A stretch of 64,000 nt of DNA. Source: Balanoglossus misakiensis. Lineage: Eukaryota; Animalia; Hemichordata. Numbering within the stretch: the stretch's first letter is position 1; every line of letters starts with the position of its first letter. Positions 1-14,500 of the stretch are shown here, one piece after another. The notes below the pieces were generated by a model that searched no databases, was not told the origin of the DNA, and was given only the letters and a program-made list of their open reading frames with translations. Location of the stretch: positions 3,465,025 through 3,529,024 of the forward strand of contig CM082596.2 of NCBI GenBank assembly GCA_040954595.2. Direction: 5' to 3'. The translations under genes and the position numbers were made by a program.

Positions 1-1325
1 GTTGTCTGAGATAGACGAGTCTGCTTTTCGAGTTTGATAGATTTGTTGATGAAAGTGATACATGTACATAACTGAACTCAATGCCTATTTGTGGATAATT
101 GAGAGGCTTTTCTCTTGCTTCATCAACAACCTGATAAATTCTTTAAACTAAGCTAGGTGTAAAAAGATGAACACTTTTTGAAATCCTCACACTTGTGAGA
201 AAAGGGAGCCACTTTGTTCAGAATAAGACTAGAGACATTTCAAGCATTTATGTCCACAAGAACCAGTGTTTTCATCTGGCAGTCATGTGACAGACATGCG
301 GACAACACATGACAACTTCTCAAGGAGAAGAGCTATTGATCCCTTCTCTATATTACTATGGACTTGATATTGGACAGTACACATTCTTAATCTTCCAAAT
401 CATCAGGTTGAATAAAAAGTTGGATATTTTCATTGCCAAAAATAGACTAAGTTTCATTGTAATGTATTATGGTTTCCCTTGGGAGCTGATAAATATGTTT
501 GAGATGACCCAGATATTGATACAAAGTACATGTGTTAAATAGATATGATGCACATTACTTTGAAGGATGAGCAGCGTAAATATTTGATACTGGGCTAAAT
601 TCAACCACATTTACATCCTAACAAGATATTAACACTGATTATAGTCAACATTTTTCATCACTGGCGTTTTGGGTATTAGCAATTTGTCTGAAAACTTTGT
701 CTCATGAATTATTTGAATATTTACACAACAAGGGGAGATTGTTGATGGAGAACCCTACATAATTATGAAAACATCACCGATATTAAGAAGGAATTATGAA
801 AATACAGATATAAAAGATGTAAACCAGGGTACTGAAAACAAGTTTCAGCTTGTGGTAAGGGTAGTGTGGGGGAGGGGGGGGGGGCTGTCATACTTAAGAC
901 AACTGGCCCAGCATTGTTGCATCTGAGCAGTGGGTTCGAATTATTTCAAAAGACACACGAAAGAATGTTAACGCTGTAATGAATTGGAATCTGAAATATA
1001 ATCTGGACAACATTTTCATTCAGATCTATTTTACCTTGAACACGCACAAAATTATTTTACAAAAGAAAGGACATTGTTTTGTGAATGAATGCAGTCTTGG
1101 AAGTCAGTGCAGTATACAGGCATATGGCATTCAATGGTCGGTGATTGCGCAGAAAAATCACTGTGGTATTTTCTGGAACATTCTACGAAGTGTGGGATGA
1201 TCGCATAGCCAAAGGTCAGCAGTATTGTCTTACAGACTGATACTAAAAACAGTTGGTAGCTATCATCCCTCTTGGGACGCATCCAACAGGGGATTTAGGG
1301 TTCGACTTCACCCGGATGTTTGGCC

Positions 1326-1395
1326 TTAATTCCCCCTATCCCCAGATATGGAAGCTTCCTCACAGTACCGTATACTACACAAGGAAGATTCCATT
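1326..1395 (-). CDS. Candidate alternative terminal exon
   Basis: Strong polypyrimidine tract and cag at 1396; reads QMESSLCSIRYCEEASISGDRGN* if spliced from the donor at 2218. Confidence 0.35.
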
Positions 1396-1548
1396 CTGCA
1401 AGCATGTGGGGAAGTCAAGCAACAAAGAGAAAGGCAGCGGAGGTGTTTCACAGGAAATTAGATTTAATATTGTCCTTTTTTTGCTCAGAGAAACCAAAGC
1501 ACATGAGAGTATCACAAAATGAAAATTGAAACTACAAGTATGGTAGTC

Positions 1549-1570
1549 TAAGAAGAAGAAGAAGAAGAAG
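1549..1570. repeat. (AGA)n microsatellite
   Basis: Seen directly. Confidence 0.8.
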
Positions 1571-2214
1571 GATAGAGCATAGTCTAGACTACACAGTTAG
1601 GCTGGGTTGGTACTTCACTGCTAGCTATCAAAAAAGCAGACACTCTAAGTCGTTAGCCATGCAGAAAGATCGCACTTGATTTATCAGAAATAAAATATCA
1701 AAATGAACAAGATTTCCATGTCTCCTGATCACAATTTCTGAAAATCATATGATGAAGTCTTGACAGAAAGAAGACTTGTTGACAGAAGAAATGACCTTTT
1801 GAACTTAAGCTTGTTTTTCTGAACGTTATTTCAGAGATGATTTCAGATTGTCTTGATGTCAGCCACCTTAACAGATTTCCACGAAGGAGGGGGGTTCGAA
1901 TGAGTGGAGAGTTCACTGCTGGGTAAAGTGATGTGACCGAATAAAAATAAAAATCTCCACAATGTCCGATATATAGTGATATCACAGTCACTACTAATAA
2001 TAGAACATCAGTTCCTGGCTGTTTTTTGTTTCTCTCTTCTATTGCTCGGTAATGTTCAGGAGAGCATTTCCAAGTTCTGTGTTTTTTTTGTTTGTCTTTT
2101 GCGAAAACGGAAGCACCAAGGCAAGAAATAAAAACAAGAAGCAGCTACTCTTTTAGTGAAAGTTCTCGGGGGTTGTCAAATGTACAGGGAATTCGTCCTT
2201 CTGTGCCAGCCGCC

Positions 2215-2543
2215 TCACTGTGTGTCTGCGAATGGAGAGTCTTCCACGCCAAGCTCGGCAGAGCATTCACAGCACCCGTACGTGTTAGTCAATTTGCAGC
2301 TGTAAAATCCAATATCGTCGGGCTGGGCATTTTTAATAGTTAAACTACAAGTACCGTCGGTTGAGTTATCGAATTCAAAGCGGTCGTCTTCCTGAATGGC
2401 CGTCTGGGCGCCTCCCTCCTCTTCGGAGTAGAACCAGATCACCTCTGGTTCCGGTTTTCCCTCCACCACCACACTCATCATCGCGGTGTCACCTTGGACG
2501 ACGGGTGTATCTATCAGCTTCTTCTTGAACATTGGTGCACATT
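2215..2543 (-). CDS. Last Ig exon; its TGA stop overlaps a GTGAG donor
   Basis: ORF 2215-2565; APMFKKKL...GFYSCKLTN. Confidence 0.85.
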
Positions 2544-5500
2544 CTGTCAGAATAAACATAAACATCCCCGTTACTTTCCCATCCTACTCCACATCTACTC
2601 AAGTTCAGAAAGTTCTCCAGAGGGCTTAAAAAGGAGGTCACTCTTTTTAATAATAAGATCAGGAGAGATGTCGTCTAAAATAAGTGATATTCTGTCTTGG
2701 TTTTCCTAAGCAAAGACTTGGGGTCGAATCTTCTGGAACATACTTCTGTGGGTGACACGCAACCGCCAAAGTTGAGAAACCACCCATGGGGCCCATGCTA
2801 AATTTACAACTAGTGTATCAGTCTAAACCCACAAGTCATGCTGTAATGCGCAGCATACTATCTTCTGCCAGGCTAGACACCATGCCAACTGCCTCTTAGC
2901 CGACAGAATTAAAATAGAAAACTAATCTGTCTGCTGAGTAGTGCTGTCTACAAACTTGCATCTCTGCAATTCTTAAACTGTCTAACTTCTGACGCTGTCA
3001 ATTTCAAGGTTCATAATAATTTTCGCAAGTAATTTCTTCTTCAGATTCCGAAAATTGCACTTATTTTTAACATGTGCAGAGAATGGCAGTGGGCAAATTC
3101 TATCTTAGGGGTAAAAAACAACTGAGAAATGAAGGGGAATAAAATTGATGATGTACTCACCAGACATGACTGTTGTGGGATTTTGTCCGACCGCTTTTGC
3201 AGAGTCTCTTGTCTGTGTGGTAGTAGAAACCAAGTACAAAGTGTGCTGTTAGCTGGCCTACGACAAGGGAAAATAATCCCAGACCCGGACAAAATATGAT
3301 AGAAATGGGAAACATGAGAGCTATGAGAAATATCAGCATGGCCAGCCAATCACAGCCACCCGGGTCAAAGATAAACAGACGCTGTGATTGGACGAGGGGT
3401 CCCATAAAGGCCGGAGAACACACATACCATTCCCTGCCGTGGAATGCAAGGGAGCCAGGGTATATGCGTAATGTCAGGAGATTTAAACGTTTACCTCTCG
3501 TCTTCTGTCCGCCAGCTTCTTCAGTCTTCGGCAGTCCAGGGGCTGGTCGTTCCGGCAAGAGAGCCACGGATGTCGCAGGCACTTACCGCAAGTGATTCTC
3601 TCGCTGTGGAAAGAACGGTCATGCAATGCCACACAAAAAAAATGAACATATGACAAAACAAGGACACACGCTCCATCACAACTTTGAGACATATTTCACA
3701 TACTTCAGCCAAATATTCCAAATAATGTGCAAACATACCAACTTTACTCCACTCATTCCACACACGTTCACATTTCTTACATTTTTTTTATCACACATAA
3801 AGTTGGCGGGTTTGGGCTTTATTTATTTATTTGTTGATTCTGCATTTATGAAATTCGACGATCCTCTTCAAAAAGCGTGATCCGCAGGAGTGCTAAATTT
3901 GTTTCAGTGAAACAAGCGGCTGGTCTCCCATGTGGTTTTTTCAACAGTCTTTAAATGGTTATCATGTAGGGGAGACATCTCATTAGGGGCCCAATACGAG
4001 GTCCTCATTCACCCAGCCGTATGCTTGCCCCCATCTCTCCCCCCTGCCCTCCTACAACTGGCAAATAACTCGGCCATATATAGTAGTCCCTGACAGACAT
4101 TATTACAACTCACGGACCTGGCATCTACGCAGAGGACACGGCTCAGAAAGTCTTTGCAAGACGGGGAAAGGTCTTCAAACAGGTCACCCAAGTCGTACAC
4201 TCCTTCTAAGACGTTCTGGAAGGTTTCTCTCATTGTTGCTCCGTGGAATGGTAAAACGCCTGATAATCTGTAACAAAATTTAAAAAAAATTTCTTATAAG
4301 ATTTTTTTGTTAGAAATTCAAACATAACAAGTTCTTTAATATACTTTTTCTTACACAGTTGATTTTTGGCACCAGGGAATAATACTGCACTGTCTTTTGC
4401 TTTGTAAATATCCCAAAGAAAGATAAGAAAACACAACAAAAATGTTACTTTTCTTACAGTCAAGAATACTTAAGAGAGTGGTGGGATTCATGTTGGGAAT
4501 AAAATTAATTTCTGTCAATTTGCAGAAATATACCCACTGCAGATTATTCTAGATTGATCTTCGGAAAGTTACAAGTTCAAATTTCCTGCACTGAATGGTG
4601 CTCAGCAGGGCACAACTATTAGTATTACTTCATGTGTTGGCACCTGCTGCTTAAAAGACTGCACTATATCAGACTGGACAAGCAAATATTTAAAGTATTT
4701 TACTCTGATGAACAAGAAGCTGAAACTGTCAAAATGGCAACTGTGTGTAACGTTAATCAAGGGAGGACGAATTTCAGACTGGACTTGACAACGAAGTGGA
4801 ACCGGTGTGTGAGAATTTGGTATTGGAAGAAACAGTGCAGCGGTGGAATTCGAGCAATTTTGTAGTGTTGTCTTTGAGGGTCAACAGTCATTAACAAGAT
4901 TGGTAAAATAAACAAATCAAATTGGTGTTAATCTGTTAGTTGTGACCTGAGAACAGTTCACTGTGAGATCACCACTAATGAGTAATTACCCACAGTGTCA
5001 ACTTAATAAAACAATAACAATTAACACCACACTTTTCCAATTTCCTGCACAGTTTACACAGCACTCCAGGCTGGGTTAATTATCTTTCCAGCTAATCCTA
5101 TTGTTCCAGCTAATTTGCAGAGCACCAATAAACGCTAAAGTGTATTTATCCATATGGGTATCCAGGTCTTCAAAACATTTAAGGGCATTGACATTACATG
5201 TAACCATGCAGGGTAATATAAACACCTCCCTACAGAGGAGAAAGGATCCAAAATAAATGTAGACATATATTTTAATAAACGGAGACATGATTCCAATAAT
5301 TGAATGCATTGACCAGAAAACCCAATACCACACATCAATCGGAGGATGTATTTTCATAACCAACAATCTCAATAATATGTCAAGAATTTAAGAGTTGAAA
5401 TATGAGATGACATTCTGGACTCAAACGGCAGATGTCGGCCACGCCAACAACGTCCTTTGTTTCTGGATTATTTCAGGGATAAATGTTTTGTGGTAGTTTT

Positions 5501-8500
5501 TACAGATTATTATCAGGGACACCCAAGGACCAGAGGAAGTGTTCTTTGCTTGTCAGTACAGCCTGGGTTCACTTAAAATTCCAGGACCTTTGAAATGGAG
5601 TTTCCAGAACTAAGATTTCACTTTTGGATAAATGTATAGAATTACTACATTCAAGGACTGCATGCAGTAAAATCTCTTTATAATATAAACACACACTAAT
5701 AGATAAGCTTTGGCAGTATCTTCCCAAATCCTAACTGGACGAATACAATTTCCAGCATTATATCTACCATATGTTTCAATGACTTTTCCAGAAATGGTTT
5801 TAAAAAACTCCTGGGCTTTACAGAACCAGATTAAATGCCAAACTCCTCTAAAATAATGCTATTTAACACCAGAATTCACTGATGGGCAAGAAAAGACTTG
5901 GTTATTACAAACTTGCAAGATCTAAACTGATCTGAAGAGGACTGCAGCTCCCATAAAACATTCAACATTCAACCCAAATACCAGGGTACATACTTTATGA
6001 CTGTCTGCATGTACACGCAAACTAGAACACACCGCCAAAGTTATTTCACCAGTGGCAGATACACGACCACAAATCAAAACCAACAAATACATGTCATTCT
6101 CTTGACGTCACAGATAACAGGTCATAAATATGACAACCACACACAAGTCCAAAACTGATCCTAATCCACATTTGAACTATTTTCAAAAAAGCATTCTGAT
6201 GACTATGTGATCAGATTGAAACATTTTGCACGATCAACCTGACCCAATTCTCATTTTTGTATGATACATGTATGTCCTAAAACCAAATGTAAAACTACTT
6301 TTTAAACTCAACAAACTTATGAGCCAACTCTTCTCAAAGTACAGAGAACTATCAAATTTACAATATTCACATTAAACATTTAGAGCGACTGGGAAGCATG
6401 TCTGTAATGGAAATCTGAGATGGCCAAATGATAATGCAAACTGAACGATCCCTTGACATGGTGGCAGTTTAAGATGGATCTGTGATCAGCTGTCCGTAGC
6501 CCTGGTGCATGTAAGATCATATACTTTACATGTGAAGTCACTATGGGTGATTGATAACTCAATGCATGTCTTTAGACACTTCAAGACAACTGTTATATTT
6601 CATATAGTTATTGGGTATGAAGAATTTTTCGCATTCCTTTTAGGGTGACAGACACAATTCTAATTTATAAGAGATATTAATAAGACTTACAGCATGTATG
6701 CAAGAACACCGATGCTCCAAACATCAGACTTTGGTGTTATCCCCTCAAAACCAGCCACTTCTGGTGAAATGAACTCTGGATATGCATGGAGTTCTGTTAG
6801 ACTGTCTCCAATGCGTCTAGCATTGCCAAAGTCTGCCAGCTTGATGATGAAGGCATCTACACACAGTATATTTCCCGGCTGAAAGATTGGAAAAGTATTC
6901 ATGTAACATTATTATTTTTGAGTTACTCTATCTGTATATAGATTATTGATGGTGTAATCACTGCAGGTAAAAATATGTGGACAGGTTCAACAAGATCATC
7001 ATGTTAGCTTCTCTGATTACAAACTACAAATGAACAGTTAATCACCAAACAAGTGAAATTCAGTTATCCTTATATGGTGAGAAACTGTCTTGAGAATGGC
7101 ATGAGAAAATGTTTTACAGAGTTATTTCGTTTATAGAGGTTCAATAATATGGTGCCTTTCATCAAGAATCCTGTAAAAGACAATTTCACATCCTGGTCAG
7201 ATGAAGATGTCAGGGTTAGTCGGATCATGAGAACTAATACATGAAAAGACCACTCTGAGAAATAACGGCCAAAGATGGCAACTGAGCACTCACCTCAATG
7301 TTGAGATGCACAATCTTTTCATGATGGATGTAGTCAACAGCTCTGCAAATCTGTTTGATGTAGAACACACACTGTTCTTCTGTGAAGTCTGTGTCACAGC
7401 TCACAATGTAGTCCAGCATCTTCCCGCCACCAACACTGCAACCAAGCAAATGATACAGTTTGAAGTAACTCAATGATGTTACATGTACATGTAGCTTGGT
7501 AGGCAAGATTGTCCCATGTGAAAAACCTCGTTGTTTTTATTGGGAGAGTAAACAGTCATAGTACCTTTGTCATTTCACCACTAGGAAAACTTTTTACTGC
7601 GTCAAAGAAATAAAATTGTGTACTCACTGCTCCATGACAATGACTAGTTCATGGGATGACTCAAAGTTTTCATAGTGACTAACAACAGATATGTGGAGCA
7701 GACTCTTCAAGATCTTCAGTTCTCGTTTGGCATCTTCCTTCTTGGCGTCTTTGTAGCTGATGAACTTGGCGACAAACGCTGATTGGCTGATCTTGTCAGT
7801 GCACAGGTGTACTTTGCAGAACTTGCCCCTGTGAATTAAAGAAAGTGTCACATTAAAAGTACATGTATACAGTTGCCTATGCCAATTTACCCTCAGTTAC
7901 CATGGAAAGTTGAGCTCAAGCCAATCACAGATTTTCAGTGGGATGCCACACACAAAAAAAGAGCCGCATGTTTATTCAAAGATTCAGACACGCCCTTTTG
8001 ACCGTATATTGCCATATATAAATAAGAAGTGATTCTTTTCTTTAATTTGCATGTCTCTGAATGCCCACCTTGCTAATTGATGCTTGATGTCATAGAAATC
8101 ATTGACATCCAAAGTGTGCTCTTCGTGACTTTTGTCTTCTTGGGGACTGGTGATGACCTCTGGTGGTGGAACTACACAGAGAGAAAACTTTCAGTTACTT
8201 ATCAGTGGTAAAATTTAGTCTTGTTTGAAGTTGATACAGCTATGTGTCCACCAATTCAATTACTTGGTACAAAAGACAGCATTCTCACAAACATTCATCA
8301 CTTTAATCGCATCTAATAAGAAAAGATGTAGAGTGCAACTCTAACCATCAATACCTGTTAGCTTCATCATTTTCGCAGAACAAGCCGCTTCACCAATCAA
8401 GTTGGCAGCCCTGCACGTGTAGTCGCCGTAGTTGTACGCGTGGACGTCAGTGATGGTCAGGGTGCAGAGTCCATCTTGGTCCATGTCTTGGATGTACTTT

Positions 8501-11500
8501 CTGCCTTCCACGATCATATTGCCGTCTTTGAACCAGGTGATGACGGGCTCTGGGGCGGCCGATATCACGCACTTCAGCTGAACCATGGTTCCTTCTGCAG
8601 CACCGGTGTCCTTCAAGGGTTTTATGAACACTGGCGATGCTGCGCAAAAATGAAAGAAAACAACAGGAAAGACACAGAATTAGAATCAAGTAAGTAACTG
8701 ATGGTTGATCAAGAAAGATGGTTTTCCAACATACAACCCATTCATGTGTTTCTAATACCTGTGCCTTTGTTTTTATATATTCAAAAGAATTGCGCCCTCA
8801 TGGGTTAAGCAATGAATTTCTATCGAATTCTTAGGTACATTTGTGTAAACATATGAATGCAATTATGTGTCAATCGTGTGAACATTTATTCACCCATTTG
8901 TTGAGTTACTTTGAGGATTTTTCAAATATTTTCCAGGCCTGCATACATGGAGCCGTTGATATCACAAGACTCCTGGAAAGCGTAAATCGCGAAGGACACT
9001 ACATACCTTGTACATGCAGCTGTACTGACCCAGTGACAACCCCAGCCGAGTTCTCAACCACACATTTATACTTCCCGGCATCTTCCACTTTCACGTTGCG
9101 AACAGTCAGAGTGCTTTTGCTGGGAGTGTTGACGATCTCCATTCTGTTTTCCAGCAGAACGTTCTCCTGGATGAACCACTCCACTTCCGGTTTCGGAATG
9201 CCGATGAACTTGCAAGAGAAGCTGGCTCTCTGTCCAGCCATGACTGTACATGACTTGGGTTTCTCGATGAATTTCGGGGATTCAACCTTGGGTGGCTCTG
9301 ATAGCATAAAAATTACATGAAAAGAAATGTATGACTGTGAATATGTGAAGTGATCATGGTTGATACCCAGTGGCTAATTTCACGTTATAAATGGCAAATG
9401 AGGATATTTGCTAATGGACATATACATGTATGTGTATATAAGACTGAAAGATTATCATATTTAACCAAATCATAACAAAATGTATCATGAACACTAGTTA
9501 AATGACAATGATCATTTGTTGTTGTGCCAGAACACGTCACATTCAATCACATTCCAAGACTTTTGAAATGAAGTTGCCACAGCCAATAAAATGATTAAGT
9601 TGTCACAACACTTTTGATCATCAGACATACTGTATCTAATATGGAACAGGACTGTGATACAACACACTCAAATTCACTCACCTGCAACTGGTTTGGGTTC
9701 TATTTTCCTCAGGAAGTGGTCTGCGACATAACCCTGTTGGCCAGTTGGGAAGTTATCAGTGGGTGAGGTCTGGATCTTGTACATGCTGTGACTTCCCCTG
9801 GAAATTACTTTGACAGTCTGGCCTTTGATCAGCAACATCTCGTCGCCACCCTCGGCCATCACGTCTGCTTTCAGGGTGTACATCTCACCAACTGTGATGA
9901 TGGGGGTCTGTGGAGTGACCACAAATGTCATCAGGAATTCAGATTGAACCTTTTCTATGTAAAATTTGCTTTAAATCCCATTGATTAGCAAGATGAAGAA
10001 GTCAGCATGTTTCATTTTATTCTGGAGTACCATCATTAATAAGGAGATGAAGTTGTCAGATGAGTCTCTGAATAAGATCAAGTCAAGACTTTTCTCTTCA
10101 TTAATCATCCACACATGGAAAATATCAATGTTCTGCTCACCTGCAATATGTCCGGTGATGGAAAACCAGGAATCATTAAGGTTGTGGGTCTTTTAGGTCC
10201 GACTGACGGACTTCTCGCCTGAGGGCTTTGTGGTGTCAAGGTTGGTGTTGTGGCCCCACTGGAAAAACTCTCACTTTTGCCGAGGCCAGCTGCGAACTTC
10301 CTGAGTGGTACTGGGCTTGGTTTTCCAGGGAAGCTTGCTTCTGAACCAGAACTGACACTGTCTGTTGACTTCCCTGAAGAAAAATAAAATTGATGCACTC
10401 ATAAGACCACAGAGTAAAACTTAACAATAACTTACCACTACTCAACTGGCAGTGATAACTAGACTTAAATTCACACACATTGCTAGTTTTGGTTTGTTTC
10501 GTGCAGTGATCAAACCAAATCATACATGTATCTTACCATATTTCTTCTCAGCAATGGCCTTGATATCCAACAATTCTTGTTGTGTTTTCCTCAGGATGTC
10601 CCTGATCTCCTTCACCCAAGCCTGTTTTACATAAATTGTCTTGGCCTGTAAAATACACAGGAAAAACATTGTGAAATGCACTTACAATTCTAGCACCAAA
10701 AAGGTAGCTTTGATGTAAAATCATACAACTGTCACTTAGTTTTGTTCTCTGAGCTGCACTTACCTGGAGAGTTTGCAGCGATGAAGAAGTTGCTTTTCCA
10801 TACCAAAGTTCAAATCTTCTGTCATCTCCAACATCTTCTGTCATGCCAATACCAGGTATCTGCATCAAACACACACAATAAAGAATGAGTGAGTGAGTGA
10901 GTGAGTGAGTGAGTGAGTGAGTGAGTGAGTGAGTGAGTGAGTGAGTGAGTGAGTGAGTGAGTGAGTGAATGAATGAATGAATGAATGACCCATTTTATTT
11001 CGTACTTACAATCATGTGCGACTTGTAGATATAACCTGGAGACTCAAGCTTAGCCTCTCTCTTGATTTTGGTAAACATGACAAGATCCTGAAACAGGAAG
11101 ATCTGCCTGTCTTTGCCTTTACCCCTGGGTTTACCATCCCATACTACCATTTGGTCCTTTCTGAATAATCTGCCAAGGTCCTCAAGATTTCCCTGTAATC
11201 AAACAATATTAAGTTATACTTTTGTACTAGATTTGACCGAAGCCTAATTGACACTTGTGTATTAAATTTTGTCCATTGGCCGATAACGGACATGGGTTGA
11301 CAAGTGGCAACTTACTTGGTAACCTTCAATCAAACTGATGTGCATCAGATCATTGGCTCTCTTGGGTACTTGCATCATCAGGTTTAAAGCAAGCTGAAAT
11401 GTAAAAACAGTTGCCATGATCAGCTGTTAGGCAGCTTCCAAGGTGGAAAACTTAGCACTTTGTTGTTTGATGCAGCGGTTACCTTTAAACGTAGATAATA

Positions 11501-14500
11501 TTCATAAGAAAATGCAATTTCATGATTGACTTACTTCTATATCAGCAGAGTCTTGCTTGGCTCTCTTGGTGTATTTGACAATCTCTTTCAAGAGCAGTTG
11601 ATACTTGGTGACTCTCTGCACAGGTTTGATCAGGTAGTCCGACAGACTCAGTTGTTTGTCACCACCCAGGGCTTTCCCAAAATCCTGCAAAGCAAACACA
11701 AATTGATTTTACAAAGTGGCTCTACCACTCAACATGTGAATAATATCTTTACCAAAGGAAAGCACTAAAGGGAAGCTTAGACAACATGGTGTGATTATCA
11801 AAGCGCTTACCTCAAAGAAGCTTTTTGCTTGTGGCATGGACAGAAAATATTCCGACCGTTGCTTGTTCTTGCAGTATTGCACGTGCATCTCAAATTTTGG
11901 TTGCTGAAAAGAAGAGAAATATGAAATATCCACATAAAAACTAAAAGGAAACTGTAGTTTTAAAAAGTACCCTTCAATTTTGGACAAACAGGTGGACATG
12001 ACACAGCGGAGTCATACTTACCCACTTGATAAATGTACGACCAACACTGGCAGAGTCATTGTTACATTTCTCAAGTTCATTAACAAAAATCCTAAACAAA
12101 AAAGAAGAAAATGTTTGTGAAAGGAATCAAATTTGGCAATGTTTTCTACGTTCATTCAGAAGAATTTCATTATGTTCACACACCATAGGATTAATGCTTA
12201 ATGTAGAAGTCTGCACTGTTTGTGTTACTTACTCGCTGTGAAATTCATAAATCTGTTCCAAATTCATGAACATGACATCTTTTTTCCCTTGTAAACTTGC
12301 AGGAATGTTTGGACTGTCCATGGCTTTCAGGTGGTTGTCAATAGCAAACTTGATATCCTTCACAAACTGACGTTCAGTTTCCAACAGCTCTTCCAATGCA
12401 AATCTGGTGAAATAAAAATGCATGGATGGGTGGTGAATATATGCTACAGGAAATTATTAAGATGAAGAAGTCAATGAAACTGTTTCCTTCACCATCAAAA
12501 CATACACCGAGTCAACATTGCACTACTGAAATCGTTAAAAGACTTACTGCCTTTTCTTGATTGCTTCCAGTTCCTTGCTATCAACCCTCTCCATGCGGCT
12601 AAACTCTGCTTCGACTTCAGACTCCGAGAGTTCTCTTGACCTGGGTCGTTCCTTCCTCTCATACTGTGTACGGGTCTTCTTCTCCAGGTAGCTCGCTCTG
12701 ACCCAGCCTTGTTTGGGTTGATGGGTCTTGGTGGGTTTGGTTCTCACCAGCCATTTGATGGCACTGTTGGAGTCAAGGACGTCCACGTATTGGCCATCCA
12801 CCAAAGGGATGTCCTCCTTGTCATCAGGGTCCGGAATGTAGTCCGTTACAGCCATGTAAATCTCAAAAGACTGATGGACGGAAAAACAGACACAAATTAG
12901 TACATGCACCCAAAGTTGAGAGTTAGATTAATGTACGTGTGAGATCCAGATTTGAATGAAGTAAAATACGTCAAAACTAATTATTATTAAGCAAGAAGTA
13001 ACCTACTTCAGTTGTACTTTTGCTATCTTCTGCCTCAGACGAGTCAGATCCCCCAGAATCTCTATAGAAACTGGATACAAGGAATGGAGCTTTGGGTTTC
13101 ACTGCACCTTCTGTGGTAACAGCGGCTTGACTTTCATCTCCAACTGAAACAAACACAAACAGATACAATTTTTCACCATTTCACGAGGCATTTTCTGAAG
13201 CGCAAGGTACACATGGTGGAAATGTTGAAGAGAATGATGAAGAAAGACTATCTTTCTTACCATCTGCAAGTTTCTCTTGTAAAGCTACTGCAGCACTTCT
13301 GTCTAGACTAGACTGTCTTTGCAGTAATGCTGCTGGAATGTAACCAATCTGCAACAAAAGACAAGTGGAAAATTGTCCTTGTATAGTGTACAAATAAACA
13401 CCACAAAAATCATACTTTACGAAATGCAGAATTAAGTCTGGTGCTTACATAAAAAATGTCTGTCCGTCACTTACCCTTTCTGGTTGATCTTTATGCCTCA
13501 CTAGCCATCTTTCTGGCTGGGCACTACTTAAAACATCAACTTGGTCCCCTACTTTCAAACGCAATTGAGTACTTTCATCAAGAAAATCACTGGTGACTTT
13601 GTAAAATTGGAAAATTTCCTGTAAATAAAGAGACAGGTTAAATTAATATTCAATTAACATATCATTCCTTTGGCTGTATTTTTCTACTCTCTACAGCATG
13701 CTGAACTGTCAAATATTCTGCGTTCAATGTGTATAACAACATTTGTTAATTTTTGGAAAATTCAAGTGATTCAACATGAATTCTCTGGTTGACTAACCTC
13801 TCCGATGCCCAGTGATTGTTTTTGTCTTTGTTTCTCTTTATCTTCATCACTACCCCTGGCATCACTGGCACTGGTGGAATGTTCTGAATCAGTGGCACTG
13901 CTACTCACACCTGCAGAAATCAATTCACACATATTATTATACACCTGTAACTAATATTTACATATACAATAATTTTCCATGTTTCATGTAAAGCGCATAA
14001 AGTCCAAGATGTTCAAATGAGTGTATACTGAATGATTGGGTATAATCAAAGTGTGAAAATTGGATAAGGATGATATTACATGCTGTTGCTAGTATCAAGA
14101 TAGATTAGGCATTTGGTAATAGCACCTACCTGTCAGCTATTACAATTGTAGGCATGTTTGGAAAAAGACAAGTGATGTTAGTAACCCAATTCACTTGTAG
14201 CTGAAATTATTTGTTGGGTTTCAGTGTTAGTCATATTGTATTTTAATGAAGTTAACATTAGTTTATAGCTTGACAAAGAAGTTGTGATATGATGATGCAG
14301 ACATGGAGTTACAAAAGTAGTTCGTACAATCACAGATTTGTATAGCAATCTTCACTGCATTAACTCTTGAAATCAAACTCACCTTCCAGGCGTAAGAAAG
14401 CTGAGCATGCTACCTGGCCACGTGAATTGGCAATCATACAGGTATATCTGCCTTCATCATCTGAGTGGACATCGTTGATAACCAAGCAATTGTTTCCTGT

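Noticed and set aside
3427-3432. Possible 6-nt microexon (cag|GGAATG|gtatg)
   Set aside because: Not needed for the frame and cannot be supported without reads.
3041-3582. ORFs 3157-3582 and 3041-3349 as full exons
   Set aside because: Wrong frame relative to the kinase exon; only 3495-3603 and 3161-3212 fit the phases.
4500-5070. Weak inverted and direct repeats (tggtgttaat / attaacacca; aatttcctgcac twice)
   Set aside because: Probably a decayed repeat, too degenerate to delimit.
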